Of a DNA stretch of 64,000 bases, positions 39,432-50,035 are shown piece by piece. The stretch lies in contig JAAEQW010000120.1 of the NCBI GenBank assembly GCA_024231025.1, forward strand, positions 66,324 to 130,323. Direction: 5' to 3'. Each line of letters begins with the position of its first letter. Position 1 is the stretch's first letter. Below the pieces are notes generated by a model. It searched no databases. It was not told the DNA's origin and was given only the letters and a program-made list of their open reading frames with translations. This DNA comes from Candidatus Omnitrophota bacterium (lineage in GTDB: Bacteria; Omnitrophota; Gorgyraeia; Duberdicusellales; 4484-171). A program made the position numbers and the translations under genes.

Positions 39432-40718
39432 TTAAAATCTTCTGTCTTTAGTTTGTTTGCGTTGTTTTTCGCGAGTTATTTTCGCTCCCAATTTCCTTAG
39501 CTTGTCTTCGATTCTTTCATACCCCCGATCTATATGGTAAACACGTAACAATTCAGTCTTGCCTTCTGCTGCCATGCCTGCAATTACCAGTGCGGCTGAA
39601 GCACGCAAATCAGAAGCCATTACCTCTGCGCCAAAAAGTTTACCTTTGCCTTCAATTATTGAATAAGGTCCATTTCTCTGGATCGACATACCCATGCGAT
39701 TAAGTTCAGCAACATGCATAAATCGATCTGGGTATACTTTTTCGGTTATAAGAGAGATCCCTTTTGTCAAACAAAGGCAAGTCATAAACTGTGCCTGTAA
39801 ATCAGTAGGAAAACCCGGATACGGCAAGGTGGTAAGATTAACCGGTTTTAGCGTTTTTGGTTTTACAAAAATATTCTTCTTTTCATCAAAAGTAATATTG
39901 GCTCCCATCATCCTACTAGCTTCAATGATCGATGTAAGATGCAAAGGGTTGGCTGATTTTATAGTTAATGGTGAATCAGTAGCCAGACTGGCAGCAATAA
40001 ATGTTCCTGCTTCAATCCTATCGGGGATAATTTTAAACTCACACCCTCCCAAAGATTGCACACCACGCACCTTTATTAACGGCGTTCCTTCTCCGGAAAC
40101 TACCGCTCCCATTTTTTTTAAAAATAATGTTAAGGCCTCTATTTCCGGTTCGCAAGCCGCATATTCAATTGTTGTTTCACCTTTGGTTAATACCGCCGCC
40201 ATTAGAACATTTGCCGTAGCAAGAACTGATGAACCAAAAACTCCGCCAAGATACACATGGCTGCCCTGTAATTTTTTTGCCTCTCCAATGCAATAGCCTT
40301 TATCGACAATAATTTTCGCACCAAGCTCTTTTAGCCCTTTTATATGTAAATCAACCGGACGCACCCCGATAATACATCCACCGGGAAGAGACACCTTTGC
40401 CCGTTTCCTTTTCGCTAAAAGCGGACCCAAACAACAAAAAGAAGCTCGCATCGTGCTTACTAATTTATACGGAGCAACATAGCTTTTTTTCCTTTTTGAC
40501 TCAATATATAAAACATTGTCTTGAAACGTAATTTTCTTGCCCAAAACCGCTAAAATATCAATCATCGTTCTGATATCCATAAGGTCAGGAACGTTGCTAA
40601 CTACGCATTTTTCATCGGTAAGCAAAGTAGCGGCCATAATCGGCAAAGCGGCATTCTTAGAGCCGCTGATTTTAACCGAACCCTTAAGGCGTGATTTATG
40701 AATTATAAATTTATCCAT
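39432..40718 (-). CDS. murA: UDP-N-acetylglucosamine 1-carboxyvinyltransferase
   Basis: SGSKNAALP, MRAS, PGGCIIGVRPVDLH, PDRIEAGT, YPGFPTDLQ, DLRASA. Confidence 0.97.
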   Translation of the reverse strand: MDKFIIHKSRLKGSVKISGSKNAALPIMAATLLTDEKCVVSNVPDLMDIRTMIDILAVLGKKITFQDNVLYIESKRKKSYVAPYKLVSTMRASFCCLGPLLAKRKRAKVSLPGGCIIGVRPVDLHIKGLKELGAKIIVDKGYCIGEAKKLQGSHVYLGGVFGSSVLATANVLMAAVLTKGETTIEYAACEPEIEALTLFLKKMGAVVSGEGTPLIKVRGVQSLGGCEFKIIPDRIEAGTFIAASLATDSPLTIKSANPLHLTSIIEASRMMGANITFDEKKNIFVKPKTLKPVNLTTLPYPGFPTDLQAQFMTCLCLTKGISLITEKVYPDRFMHVAELNRMGMSIQRNGPYSIIEGKGKLFGAEVMASDLRASAALVIAGMAAEGKTELLRVYHIDRGYERIEDKLRKLGAKITREKQRKQTKDRRF

Positions 40719-41526
40719 TATTTTTAAGTTGTAGAATGACTCCCCGATCATGATTAGAATAATCTTTTATCCACTCTATGATCGTAAAATTTCCCAAAAA
40801 GCTAACGAGCAGCTCTACCCTCTCTCTATGATTATATCCCACTTCTAGCATTATAAAACCATCTTTTTTAAGGTAACCGGAGGCATCCCGTATTATCTCC
40901 TCAATAAAGGAAAATCCGTCATCCTCAGCTTTCAAGGCAGTTCTTGGTTCATATTTAAGACTATCTCGTATAAGCTCCTCACTAACATAAGGCGGATTGC
41001 TAATCACAAGATCAAAACTGTTTTTCTTAAAAGCCGAAAATAAATCACTGTTTATCAGACCAATTTTTACTTTGTGGGACTTTATATTGTTTTTGGTCAC
41101 CTTCAAAGCTGACAAGCTTATATCAGAAGAAAAAACTTTAATATCCTTAGAAAGTCGTTTTAAGCTTATGCCGATGTTTCCCGATCCAGTACATAAATCT
41201 AAAACCGTCTTTAATTTATTATCTTTAATGAGGCGCGCTGCCTTCTCTACAATTAATTCTGTTTCTTTGCGAGGTATCAATACATCACTGGTGATTTCAA
41301 ATTCCCAGCCAAGAAATTCTTCTTTACCTAAAATATATGGTAAAGGCATGCCTTGTGCATATAAATTCTTTATTTCATTAAGGCAATGCAGTTTTTCTTC
41401 ATTTAAAGACGGATTATCGTACACAGCCAAAGCAAGACTATCAAAGAACACGCTTTTAACCAAAAAACGTAGGTCTCGATCGAAAAATACTTTTTTATTT
41501 ATATCAAGCCAATCCTTTAGCTTCAT
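40711..41526 (-). CDS. prmC: Release factor glutamine methyltransferase
   Basis: VLIPRKETE, DLCTGSG, SNPPY; follows prfA. Confidence 0.92.
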   Translation of the reverse strand: MKLKDWLDINKKVFFDRDLRFLVKSVFFDSLALAVYDNPSLNEEKLHCLNEIKNLYAQGMPLPYILGKEEFLGWEFEITSDVLIPRKETELIVEKAARLIKDNKLKTVLDLCTGSGNIGISLKRLSKDIKVFSSDISLSALKVTKNNIKSHKVKIGLINSDLFSAFKKNSFDLVISNPPYVSEELIRDSLKYEPRTALKAEDDGFSFIEEIIRDASGYLKKDGFIMLEVGYNHRERVELLVSFLGNFTIIEWIKDYSNHDRGVILQLKNNG

Positions 41527-42574
41527 AAATTTTTTCTCTTTCTGCTTTTATTAACTTCTTAATAATCTCATCCAGGTTGCCTTCTAGAATTGCTTCCAGA
41601 CGATAAATAGTAAAATTTATTCTGTGATCGGTTACCCTTCTTTCTGGAAAATTATAAGTTCGTATTTTTTCGCTACGATCACCAGTACCTACCTGAACAC
41701 GCCTAGCTTGGGTTACTTTGCCGATTTCTTCTCTGCGTATTTGCTCTAAAATTCGTGCCTTTAAAACTCTCATCGCCTTAGCTCGATTCTTGATCTGTGA
41801 CCGCTCATCCTGACAGCTTACGACTACGCCAGTAGGAAGATGTGTAATCCTAACTGCTGAATCAGTAACATTAACGTGTTGACCGCCAGCACCTGAAGAC
41901 CGATAAGTATCAATCTTTAAATCGTCGGTGTTTATTTTTAATTCCACCTCTTTAGGCTCAACTAAAATAGCAACGGTAACTGTTGATGTATGAATCCTTC
42001 CACTCGATTCAGTGGCTGGCACTCGCTGCACGCGATGCACACCCATTTCAAATTTAAGATTATGATAAGCGCCTTTTCCCTTAACAGAAAAAATAACTTC
42101 TCTGCAACCTCCTATCTCAGTAAAGCTTGAGTTAAGAAGTTCCAACTTCCAGCCTTTCTGCTCAATGTATTTGCTATACATTTTAAAAAGCGCTCCAGCA
42201 AAGAGCGAAGACTCTTCCCCACCAGCAGCGGATCTTATCTCGATCATAAAATCATAATCCGGCTCGCTTTCTTCAAAAAGCTTGCCCTCTATATCATCTT
42301 CTACGGATTGCAAGTTTTGAACCAACTCAGCAAGCTCCTCGTTGGCAAGAGCACGAACATCTTCATCTTCAGAAGAATCAGAAATAACTTCTTGGAGATG
42401 CTCTTTTTCTTTAAAAAGATTTCTCCTTCTTTCTAAAAGAACTATTATTTTCTCCAAAAAAGCGTAACGCTTGGCTAATTTTTGATATTTATCTCTATCA
42501 GATATCACCTCGCAATCAGAAAGCGCAATAGCTATTTCTTGATGCTCTTGTTTCAATTTTTCGTAATTAATCAT
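41504..42574 (-). CDS. prfA: Peptide chain release factor 1
   Basis: GVHRVQRVPATE (PxT), GAGGQHVN, RTYNFP. Confidence 0.97.
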   Translation of the reverse strand: MINYEKLKQEHQEIAIALSDCEVISDRDKYQKLAKRYAFLEKIIVLLERRRNLFKEKEHLQEVISDSSEDEDVRALANEELAELVQNLQSVEDDIEGKLFEESEPDYDFMIEIRSAAGGEESSLFAGALFKMYSKYIEQKGWKLELLNSSFTEIGGCREVIFSVKGKGAYHNLKFEMGVHRVQRVPATESSGRIHTSTVTVAILVEPKEVELKINTDDLKIDTYRSSGAGGQHVNVTDSAVRITHLPTGVVVSCQDERSQIKNRAKAMRVLKARILEQIRREEIGKVTQARRVQVGTGDRSEKIRTYNFPERRVTDHRINFTIYRLEAILEGNLDEIIKKLIKAEREKIYEAKGLA

Positions 42575-42581
42575 ACTCTTC

Positions 42582-42756
42582 AATTAAAAACGTAAAGCTA
42601 AAAGCGAAATCCCGCACTTTAATATATTTTATTTGCGGGACCCCGATAGACGGGGAACCATAATTCAAAATTCAAAATTTCTTTCCGGAATAAAGAGTTT
42701 ATTTACTTTTAAATTCTACGCTATGGCTTTGCATTTTGCGTTTTTAGTTTTTAGTT
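42582..42756. repeat. Empty family A inverted-repeat element between rpmE and prfA, with a 46-bp nested insertion at 42610-42655
   Basis: With the insert removed the left arm matches 55332-55381 at ~44/50; right arm 42707-42756 overlaps the rpmE stop. Confidence 0.85.
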
Positions 42757-42953
42757 TTTTTGCCGTACTTTTTGTAAAACTTGTCTACTCTTCCTTCTGA
42801 ATCAACAAACTTCTGTTTGCCGGTAAAAAAAGGATGGCACTTCGAGCAAATTTCCACATTAATTGTCTTTCGTGTAGAACGAGTGTGGACCACATTTCCA
42901 CAAGCACACATAATTGTGCACTGCTCGTATTTTGGATGAATTTTATCCTTCAT
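42744..42953 (-). CDS. rpmE: 50S ribosomal protein L31 (Zn-binding type)
   Basis: [28 protein letters not shown]. Confidence 0.97.
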   Translation of the reverse strand: MKDKIHPKYEQCTIMCACGNVVHTRSTRKTINVEICSKCHPFFTGKQKFVDSEGRVDKFYKKYGKKTKN

Positions 42954-43078
42954 TTTTTCCTCCTGGTATAATTTCTGATTCTGTCAAAAATTACTATTTG
43001 TTTTTACTTAAGTTTTCACTTCCATTTCTTCCCAAAACACCCTGTTGTTTTTATCATAAGCCATCTTTAGAGTGTGCC

Positions 43079-43107
43079 ATTATACATTATTTATTGAGAG
43101 AAAGCAA
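43079..43107 (-). promoter_or_regulatory. Sigma70-like promoter TTGCTT-N17-TATAAT for the rpmE operon
   Basis: Overlaps the 3' end of rho. Confidence 0.6.
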
Positions 43108-44385
43108 AAACTCTACATTATTCTTAGTTTTGGTGAGTTTGCCGGTTAATAGCTCCAAGGCCTCCGCTGAACTCAACTCATTTAGCGCCTTTCTCAATAC
43201 CCATATTTTCTGCAATTCGTCAGGATGAATAAGCAACTCCTCACGTCTAGTGTTAGAGCGCTTAATATCAATCGCCGGGTAAATACGCTTCTGAAACATG
43301 CCTCGATCAAGAGTTATTTCCATGTTTCCTGTGCCCTTAAACTCTTCGAAAATAACATCATCCATGCGCGAACCGGTGTCAACCAAAGCTGTTGCAATAA
43401 TTGTTAAAGATCCCCCCTCTTCCATTGTTCTCGCCGCACCAAAAAATCTTTTTGGTTTATGCAAGGCATTAGAATCAATACCACCAGAAAGAATTCTTCC
43501 TGAATGAGGTTCGTTAAGATTATATGCGCGTGCCAAGCGCGTAATGCTGTCTAACAAAATTACCACATCTTTTTTATGCTCGACTAATCTTTTTGCGCGC
43601 TCAATAACCATTTCGGCAACTTGAATGTGGCGATGAGACGGCTCATCAAAAGTAGAACTTAAAACCTCTCCCTTTACAATGCTTTTCATCTCTGTAACTT
43701 CCTCAGGACGTTCATCAATTAAAAGCACCATTAAAAATATTTCAGGGTAATTTTTCATTATGCCGTTAGCAATTTTCTGCAAAAGTACAGTTTTGCCGCT
43801 ATAAGGCGGCGCAACAATAAGCCCTCGTTGTCCTTTTCCAATCGGACATAGCAAGTCCAAACATCGGCACGAAAGCTCATTTGGGGCAGTTTCCATAATG
43901 AAACGGTCGTTAGGATACACCGGCGTTAAGTTATCAAAAAGAACTCTGTTTCTTGATTCCTCAGGGTTTTCAAAATTTACCGCCTCAACCTTTAAAAGCG
44001 CAAAATATTTTTCGTTATCTTTCGGTGGACGAATTTGCCCGCTCACCGTATCTCCTGTTTTTAGAGCAAATTTTCTAATCTGCGATGGTGAAACATAAAT
44101 ATCATCTGGTGAAGGCAGATAGCTATAATCTGAGGAGCGCAAAAAACCAAATCCTTCAGATAAAACCTCTATTACCCCATTTCCAAACATAAGTCCGGCC
44201 TTCTCAGCCTTTGCTTGCAGGATCTTAAAAATAAGATCCTGCTTTTTTAAACCACTTACAGAGTCGATTTCCAACTCCTTGGCAATCTTGTTTAATTCTG
44301 CGATTTTCATTTCTCGTAAACCAGCAATATCAATACGGTCATTAGTTTTGACATCGCTACGTTTTGTTGTTTTGTTATTCACCAT
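43087..44385 (-). CDS. rho: Transcription termination factor Rho
   Basis: [44 protein letters not shown]. Confidence 0.98.
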   Translation of the reverse strand: MVNNKTTKRSDVKTNDRIDIAGLREMKIAELNKIAKELEIDSVSGLKKQDLIFKILQAKAEKAGLMFGNGVIEVLSEGFGFLRSSDYSYLPSPDDIYVSPSQIRKFALKTGDTVSGQIRPPKDNEKYFALLKVEAVNFENPEESRNRVLFDNLTPVYPNDRFIMETAPNELSCRCLDLLCPIGKGQRGLIVAPPYSGKTVLLQKIANGIMKNYPEIFLMVLLIDERPEEVTEMKSIVKGEVLSSTFDEPSHRHIQVAEMVIERAKRLVEHKKDVVILLDSITRLARAYNLNEPHSGRILSGGIDSNALHKPKRFFGAARTMEEGGSLTIIATALVDTGSRMDDVIFEEFKGTGNMEITLDRGMFQKRIYPAIDIKRSNTRREELLIHPDELQKIWVLRKALNELSSAEALELLTGKLTKTKNNVEFLLSLNK

Positions 44386-44388
44386 AAA

Positions 44389-44997
44389 TCACCTCTTTTT
44401 TTTGTTTTTCCCATATGTTTTTAACTTGTTCCACAAAACCCCTGTTTTTATTTTTAAATCCTGCAGGTTGCTGCTATTGTAAATTACAAAATCAGCTTTT
44501 TTTATTTTTGCCTTAACAGGAAGATAGAAAGATAGTCTTTTTACTGCTTTTGGTCTGCTCATGTTGTACTTGCTCATAGCTCTGCTTACAGTAATTTCTT
44601 TTTTTGCCACAACAACAATAACCGCATCAAAAATTGATGAAAGTTTTTTCTCAAAAAGAAGCGGCACTTCAGCAACAAATATTTTATTATCAGCTTTCCC
44701 GCACCAAGCTTTTAGTTCTTTTATAATCGGCGGATGAACAATTCCTTCCAGCTTGAGTAACTTTTTAACATCAGAAAAAACCAATCCACCTAATTTTTTA
44801 CGGCAAATAACGCCATTTTTTTTAACTGCTTCGGGGAAAAAACGTATAACTTTTTTATAAACAGTACTATCCCTATTTCTATAGTAGCGATGCACTATTT
44901 TATCAGCGTCAAAAACAACCGCCCCTTTATTTTTAAGGCCTGCTATAACAACGCTTTTTCCACTTGCAAAATTGCCGGTTATCGCAAATGAAGCCAT
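44389..44997 (-). CDS. coaE: Dephospho-CoA kinase
   Basis: TGNFASGKS, DAD, IVHP, EVPLLFE. Confidence 0.9.
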   Translation of the reverse strand: MASFAITGNFASGKSVVIAGLKNKGAVVFDADKIVHRYYRNRDSTVYKKVIRFFPEAVKKNGVICRKKLGGLVFSDVKKLLKLEGIVHPPIIKELKAWCGKADNKIFVAEVPLLFEKKLSSIFDAVIVVVAKKEITVSRAMSKYNMSRPKAVKRLSFYLPVKAKIKKADFVIYNSSNLQDLKIKTGVLWNKLKTYGKNKKKR

Positions 44998-44998
44998 T

Positions 44999-46405
44999 TT
45001 ATACTGTCATCCTCTCGCATTTAGTCTTATTGAGAGCTGCGCTTTTGTACATATCAATGTATCTTTTTGCTGTTGTTTCCCAAGAAAAAACATTGCTCAT
45101 GGCTCTTTTAGCTGTAGCGTACCACTTTTTTTTATTTTGAAAATACGCACGCGCTCTTTCAATGGTAAAAATTAAGTCCTGCGCGCTGTAATCGCTAAAA
45201 ACAAACCCCATACCTCCCTCTTTAATATCGCTAACCGTATCAGCTAGCCCTCCTGTCTCATGAACAATTGGTAAAGTACCATAGCGATAGCTAATCATCT
45301 GAGAAAGTCCACAAGGCTCAAAACGTGAAGGCACTAAAAAGACATCGCTTCCAGCATAAATGCGATGAGCTAGTTCTTCGTCAAATTTTAAAGTAACTGC
45401 CATGCTCCCCTTATACTTTTTTGCACTTTTCTTTAAACTCCTATGATAAGCTTGATCACCTACGCCTAAGATGGCAATTTGACAGCCCGGCAAAACCTTG
45501 TCCAAAGATTGACTTAGTATGTCCAAACCCTTTTGCTCAGTTAAGCGGCTAACCATTCCTAAAAGTAAAATATTTTTATCAACTTTTAATCCCAAATCTT
45601 TTTGTATTTTGCATTTGTTGATTGCCTTTTCAGCAATTGTTATCTTGGAGTACTTCTTATAAATTAAATTATCTGTTTTAGGATTCCAAATCTTGTTATC
45701 AATCGCATTTAGTATTCCCGAGAGAGAGCCACGCCTGCGTTTTAATACCCCACCAAGGCCACAACCATACTCCTTGTTTTGAATTTGTTTGGCATAAGTA
45801 GGACTAACTGTGTTAACCACATCGGAAAAAAGAATACCTGCTTTAAGAAAGCTAATTTGTCCGTAATACTCCAAACCATCTATTCCAAAGTATTGCCCCG
45901 GTATCCCTAAAAAATGATATTTATCTTTATTAAACAACCCTTGATAAGCAAGATTGTGTATCGTTAATACAGAAACTGCGTCCTTAAAAAAGTTATCACC
46001 ACTATAGGCAGTTTTAAGATAAACACTAATTAAGGATGTCTGCCAATCATTACAATGGATAATTTTCGGTGAAAAATCAAGCTCTTTCAATAATTCTAAT
46101 ACTTTTTTGTTAAAAAAGGTAAAGCGCTCTAAATTATCGGAATAATCGCAATCCCCATCTTGGTAATAACCGTCCCTTTGAAAATAATGGTCATTTTTAA
46201 TAAAATAAAACTCTACTCCGGATTGTTTCGTATACCCGTAATTATCAAATATCTTTTTTGGTTTTATGCCTTTATAAAAAGGAATAAAAACTTTTACTTG
46301 GTGGTGTTGCTTAGCCAAGCTCACCGGGAGTGCCCCGGCGACATCGCCCAATCCGCCAGTTTTAGCAAATGGATAACTTTCAGAAGAACAAAAGGCTATT
46401 TTCAT
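44999..46405 (-). CDS. glgA: Glycogen synthase
   Basis: PFAKTGGLGDV, HCNDWQT, TIHNLAYQG, PSRFEPCGL. Confidence 0.95.
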   Translation of the reverse strand: MKIAFCSSESYPFAKTGGLGDVAGALPVSLAKQHHQVKVFIPFYKGIKPKKIFDNYGYTKQSGVEFYFIKNDHYFQRDGYYQDGDCDYSDNLERFTFFNKKVLELLKELDFSPKIIHCNDWQTSLISVYLKTAYSGDNFFKDAVSVLTIHNLAYQGLFNKDKYHFLGIPGQYFGIDGLEYYGQISFLKAGILFSDVVNTVSPTYAKQIQNKEYGCGLGGVLKRRRGSLSGILNAIDNKIWNPKTDNLIYKKYSKITIAEKAINKCKIQKDLGLKVDKNILLLGMVSRLTEQKGLDILSQSLDKVLPGCQIAILGVGDQAYHRSLKKSAKKYKGSMAVTLKFDEELAHRIYAGSDVFLVPSRFEPCGLSQMISYRYGTLPIVHETGGLADTVSDIKEGGMGFVFSDYSAQDLIFTIERARAYFQNKKKWYATAKRAMSNVFSWETTAKRYIDMYKSAALNKTKCERMTV

Positions 46406-46419
46406 TTTGTTAATTCTCC

Positions 46420-48900
46420 TTACACTTTGGATTCATTTTCCATATTTGCCCAGGTTTTTCCAACTTTAATTTTTACTTCAATCGGAACATCTAGTTTTAT
46501 ACTCTCTTGCATATTTTTTTTAATTATACCGACCACTTGGTCATATTCATTCTTACTTACATCAAAAATTAATTCGTCATGAATCTGAATGATCATCCGT
46601 GATTTTAAGTTATATTTTTTAAATTCATCTGCAATTTTTACCATCGCAACCTTTATAAGATCCGCACAAGAGCCCTGAATCGGAGTATTAACTGCCTGGC
46701 GGCGAGCAAACTCTCTTAAATGAGGATTGGGGCTATTGTAATCCATCAGTTTTCTCTCGCGAGAAAGAATAGTCTTAACAAAGCCGTTTTCTTCTAAATC
46801 CTTATGCACTTTTTTTATATATTCTTTAACTTGAGGATAACGGGAAAAATAATCCTCAATAAAGGTTTCTGCCTCTTTTGGAGCAATCTTCAACTCTCGA
46901 GACAATCCGTAAGAGCTCATCCCATAAAGTATCCCGAAATTAACTCGTTTTGCAATATTTCGCTGATGGCTATCTACTTCTTCTGTGTCAAAAAGCAGTG
47001 ACGCGGTATATCTATGCACATCTACTCCGCTGTTAAAAGCTTTTTGAAGCTTTTTATCGCCTGAATAATGAGCAAGAATTCTTAACTCAATTTGGGAATA
47101 ATCTCCTGAAATTAAACAGCCTTCTTCAAAAGACGACACAAAGGCTTGGCGTAATTCATCAGCAAATTCACCTTTGACCGGAATACTCTGTAAGTTTGGA
47201 GATGAGCTAGATAGCCTACCTGTTTGAGCCGCAGTCTGGTTAAACTGTGCGTGCAGTTTTCCATTACCTTTTTTTACTGATTCAATTATCGGCAAAATAT
47301 ATGTTGTCTTTAATTTATTCATCGTGCGATAATCTAAAATAAAACTGGCGATATCATGGCTAATCGATAGTTTTTGTAAAACTTCTTCTCCGGTGGAGAA
47401 ACCGGTTTTAGTTTTTTTCAACGGTGTAATTCCAAGTTCACCAAACAACACCGCACTTAATTGTTTTGGCGAGTTTAAATTAAATTCATGACCAGAAATC
47501 GCAAATATTTTGCGAACAACTACCTTTAGCCTCTCGTCTACTTTAAGCAAAAGCTTCTGTAATGTTTGCACGTTAACCTTTACACCAAATTTCTCCATTT
47601 CTGCCAAAACTGTGATCAACGGCATTTCAACGTTAAAAAGCAACTTTTGCATTTCTTTCTCTCTTATTTGGGAAGAAAAATGCTTATAGAGTTCATTTAT
47701 AAAGTAAGGCGTCGCAGCAGCAGGCACATCTCCGTTGCAATCGTCTAAATAGCAGGCACCGAGAGCCAAAAGCGAATAATCCCCAAATGTAGAATCAGCT
47801 AAATATGCCGCGATCTTAGTGTCAAATAAAATACCGTTTATTTTAATACCGGAAGATATCATCTGCCGTTTAAACCCATGGGATATTTTTTTTATCGATT
47901 CATCCTCTAAAATAGATTTGGCGTCTTTTAGTTTTAGTTTATAAGTGTCGCCGTCAAAGAAATACACGTAATCACCATCAATAAAAAAGGTTGCTGTTTC
48001 CTTATTGGGAATTGTTTTCGCCTCTTTCACTATTATCTCTTTTTGCGGTCTTTCAGGCGAAAGATCCCTAAACAATGCCTTAAATTCAAGTTCGCGAAAT
48101 AAATCACGCAACGATTCGGTATCTGACTCACCGATCTTTAAATCATCCGCACCCATACTCAACTCACACTTATACAATTGCACCAACTCTTTGCTTAAAA
48201 ATATATCATCTTTACTTTGAAGAAGAAGATCTTTTACTTTCAAAGAAAGCTTATCAACATTATTAAATATCGTCTCAACTGTTTTAAATTCTTTTATAAG
48301 CTTAGCCGCGCCCACCTTGCCAATCCCGCGCGCACCCGGAACATTGTCTGCTGCATCACCAACCAATGAAAGGTAATCAACCATAAACTCCGGCTCAAAC
48401 CCAAAATCATTCATAAAGTCGTTCTCAGTAAACACTTTTTCCTTGGCCGAATTGTAAATTGCTACCTGCCCTTCGTTGAGAAGCTGGTACATATCCTTAT
48501 CCGAGCTTATGACAACAACCTTTTTCCCTTTGTGGCATGCCTCCCGACAAAGAGTGGCAATTACGTCGTCGGCTTCATACCCTTCCTTTTCAATAACAGC
48601 AATCCCCATAAATTTGAGTAATTGTTTTATTGTCGGAATCTGCTCCTTTAAACCTTCGGGTGCTGGCGGTCTATGCCCTTTATAGTCTTGAAATTTGTCC
48701 TGACGAAAGGTCTTACGCGAAACATCAAAACAAACCCCCATGCATATTGGATTGTATTTTGAGATTATCTTTTGCAAAATCTTATAAAAACCATATACAC
48801 CCCCCGTAGGTCGCCCCATAGAAGTAGAGAGCTTAATCGCAAAAAAAGAGCGATAGCATATAGACGTTCCATCAACAAGATAAATAGTATTTTTTGACAT
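46420..48900 (-). CDS. polA: DNA polymerase I
   Basis: 5'-3' exonuclease (EADD, DKD, GDAADN); polymerase motifs DYSQIELR, KRVNFGILYG, QIHDEL; 3'-5' exonuclease region looks reduced. Confidence 0.96.
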   Translation of the reverse strand: MSKNTIYLVDGTSICYRSFFAIKLSTSMGRPTGGVYGFYKILQKIISKYNPICMGVCFDVSRKTFRQDKFQDYKGHRPPAPEGLKEQIPTIKQLLKFMGIAVIEKEGYEADDVIATLCREACHKGKKVVVISSDKDMYQLLNEGQVAIYNSAKEKVFTENDFMNDFGFEPEFMVDYLSLVGDAADNVPGARGIGKVGAAKLIKEFKTVETIFNNVDKLSLKVKDLLLQSKDDIFLSKELVQLYKCELSMGADDLKIGESDTESLRDLFRELEFKALFRDLSPERPQKEIIVKEAKTIPNKETATFFIDGDYVYFFDGDTYKLKLKDAKSILEDESIKKISHGFKRQMISSGIKINGILFDTKIAAYLADSTFGDYSLLALGACYLDDCNGDVPAAATPYFINELYKHFSSQIREKEMQKLLFNVEMPLITVLAEMEKFGVKVNVQTLQKLLLKVDERLKVVVRKIFAISGHEFNLNSPKQLSAVLFGELGITPLKKTKTGFSTGEEVLQKLSISHDIASFILDYRTMNKLKTTYILPIIESVKKGNGKLHAQFNQTAAQTGRLSSSSPNLQSIPVKGEFADELRQAFVSSFEEGCLISGDYSQIELRILAHYSGDKKLQKAFNSGVDVHRYTASLLFDTEEVDSHQRNIAKRVNFGILYGMSSYGLSRELKIAPKEAETFIEDYFSRYPQVKEYIKKVHKDLEENGFVKTILSRERKLMDYNSPNPHLREFARRQAVNTPIQGSCADLIKVAMVKIADEFKKYNLKSRMIIQIHDELIFDVSKNEYDQVVGIIKKNMQESIKLDVPIEVKIKVGKTWANMENESKV

Positions 48901-49005
48901 TAACTGCTGGAAGAATAACTCACGATAATATTTCTAACTTTAACTATAGAAAATTTTACTCTTTATTTTTTGAATTTTATAGACTATACGGCTGGTGCCT
49001 TTACC

Positions 49006-49824
49006 TTATTCTTCTTGGGAAATCAATAGAACCGATGTAAGCGACTCTTTGAGCTTGTCTCCTGCGGAAAGATAATCTTCCTTATCTATATGCTTTAATG
49101 CCTGCTCGGCATTATCTTTAGCCTCTTCTTTGTTGACCATCTGCAAAGCCTTGCGATAGAAATCCTGAATTTGCATCGATAAATCGGGATCCGCTGGATT
49201 TAAAAAGCCTGCCGTTTCAAACTCTTTTATCGCAGCTTTGTGATCACCTCTTTTTAAAAATCCTACTCCCACTTCCAAATGTAATCTGGCTTCATCAATA
49301 GTCTTCAGCCTCTTTTGTTCACGATCATAAACAAGGTTCTGAGATAAGCTTGCAGCCTGACGCTCCAGCCGCTCTCTTCTCAACTGAGGATATGTTCCTA
49401 ATTTAAGTAGGTGCTGACGTGACACCTCCCACCAATAATCGCCCTCTTGGCCTAAATCATATCTCTTTTTCCAGTAGTGGCTGGCATTTAGTACATTGCC
49501 CCTCTTTTCATAAAGAAAAGCTAAGTTCGTATAAACCGGTAAGTAATTACTGTCAATTTCTAGAGCCCTTTTATATTCTAGGAGAGCATTATCGAAATCT
49601 CCCATATTTTCATAGATTACGCCCAAATCATTGTGAGCTTCCGCATATTGGGGATCCATTTCAATAGCTTTTTGATAATAAGCCATGGCTTCATCTGCAC
49701 TCCCCTTCATCTGGAGTTTATACCCAAGCTCGCGATACTCTCTGGATTGTTCGTTTGTGAGATCAGTCGCGCCAACGACAAAAACAGGCAACAAAACCAA
49801 AGTAATAATAAAAAAATATCTCAT
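49006..49824 (-). CDS. Exported tetratricopeptide repeat protein
   Basis: Signal peptide; TPR motifs (AHNDLGVIY, YTNLAFLY). Confidence 0.85.
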   Translation of the reverse strand: MRYFFIITLVLLPVFVVGATDLTNEQSREYRELGYKLQMKGSADEAMAYYQKAIEMDPQYAEAHNDLGVIYENMGDFDNALLEYKRALEIDSNYLPVYTNLAFLYEKRGNVLNASHYWKKRYDLGQEGDYWWEVSRQHLLKLGTYPQLRRERLERQAASLSQNLVYDREQKRLKTIDEARLHLEVGVGFLKRGDHKAAIKEFETAGFLNPADPDLSMQIQDFYRKALQMVNKEEAKDNAEQALKHIDKEDYLSAGDKLKESLTSVLLISQEE

Positions 49825-49906
49825 TTTTTCTTGATAAATTTAGACAACTTATTGATGTTTGTTAGTTTACGCTATCTGGCAATTCGGCAACTGCCCAACC
49901 TGTGTC

Positions 49907-49935
49907 AATCTAGCATAAATCAACACCCCTGTCAA
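49907..49935 (-). promoter_or_regulatory. Sigma70-like promoter TTGACA-N17-TAGATT
   Basis: Upstream of the TPR-polA-glgA-coaE-rho run. Confidence 0.55.
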
Positions 49936-50035
49936 GAATATTCTGCAAATGGAGCAACGCAAATCCCGCCTGCTGCGCTTTTCATCCCCCGCCCAAAAGC
50001 CAGGACTTTATCGCAGCAAAATAACCTCGTTTTTA

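Noticed and set aside
39445-39475. Possible extra repeat arm in the murA 3' end
   Set aside because: Periodicity is too weak to separate from Lys/Gln codon content.
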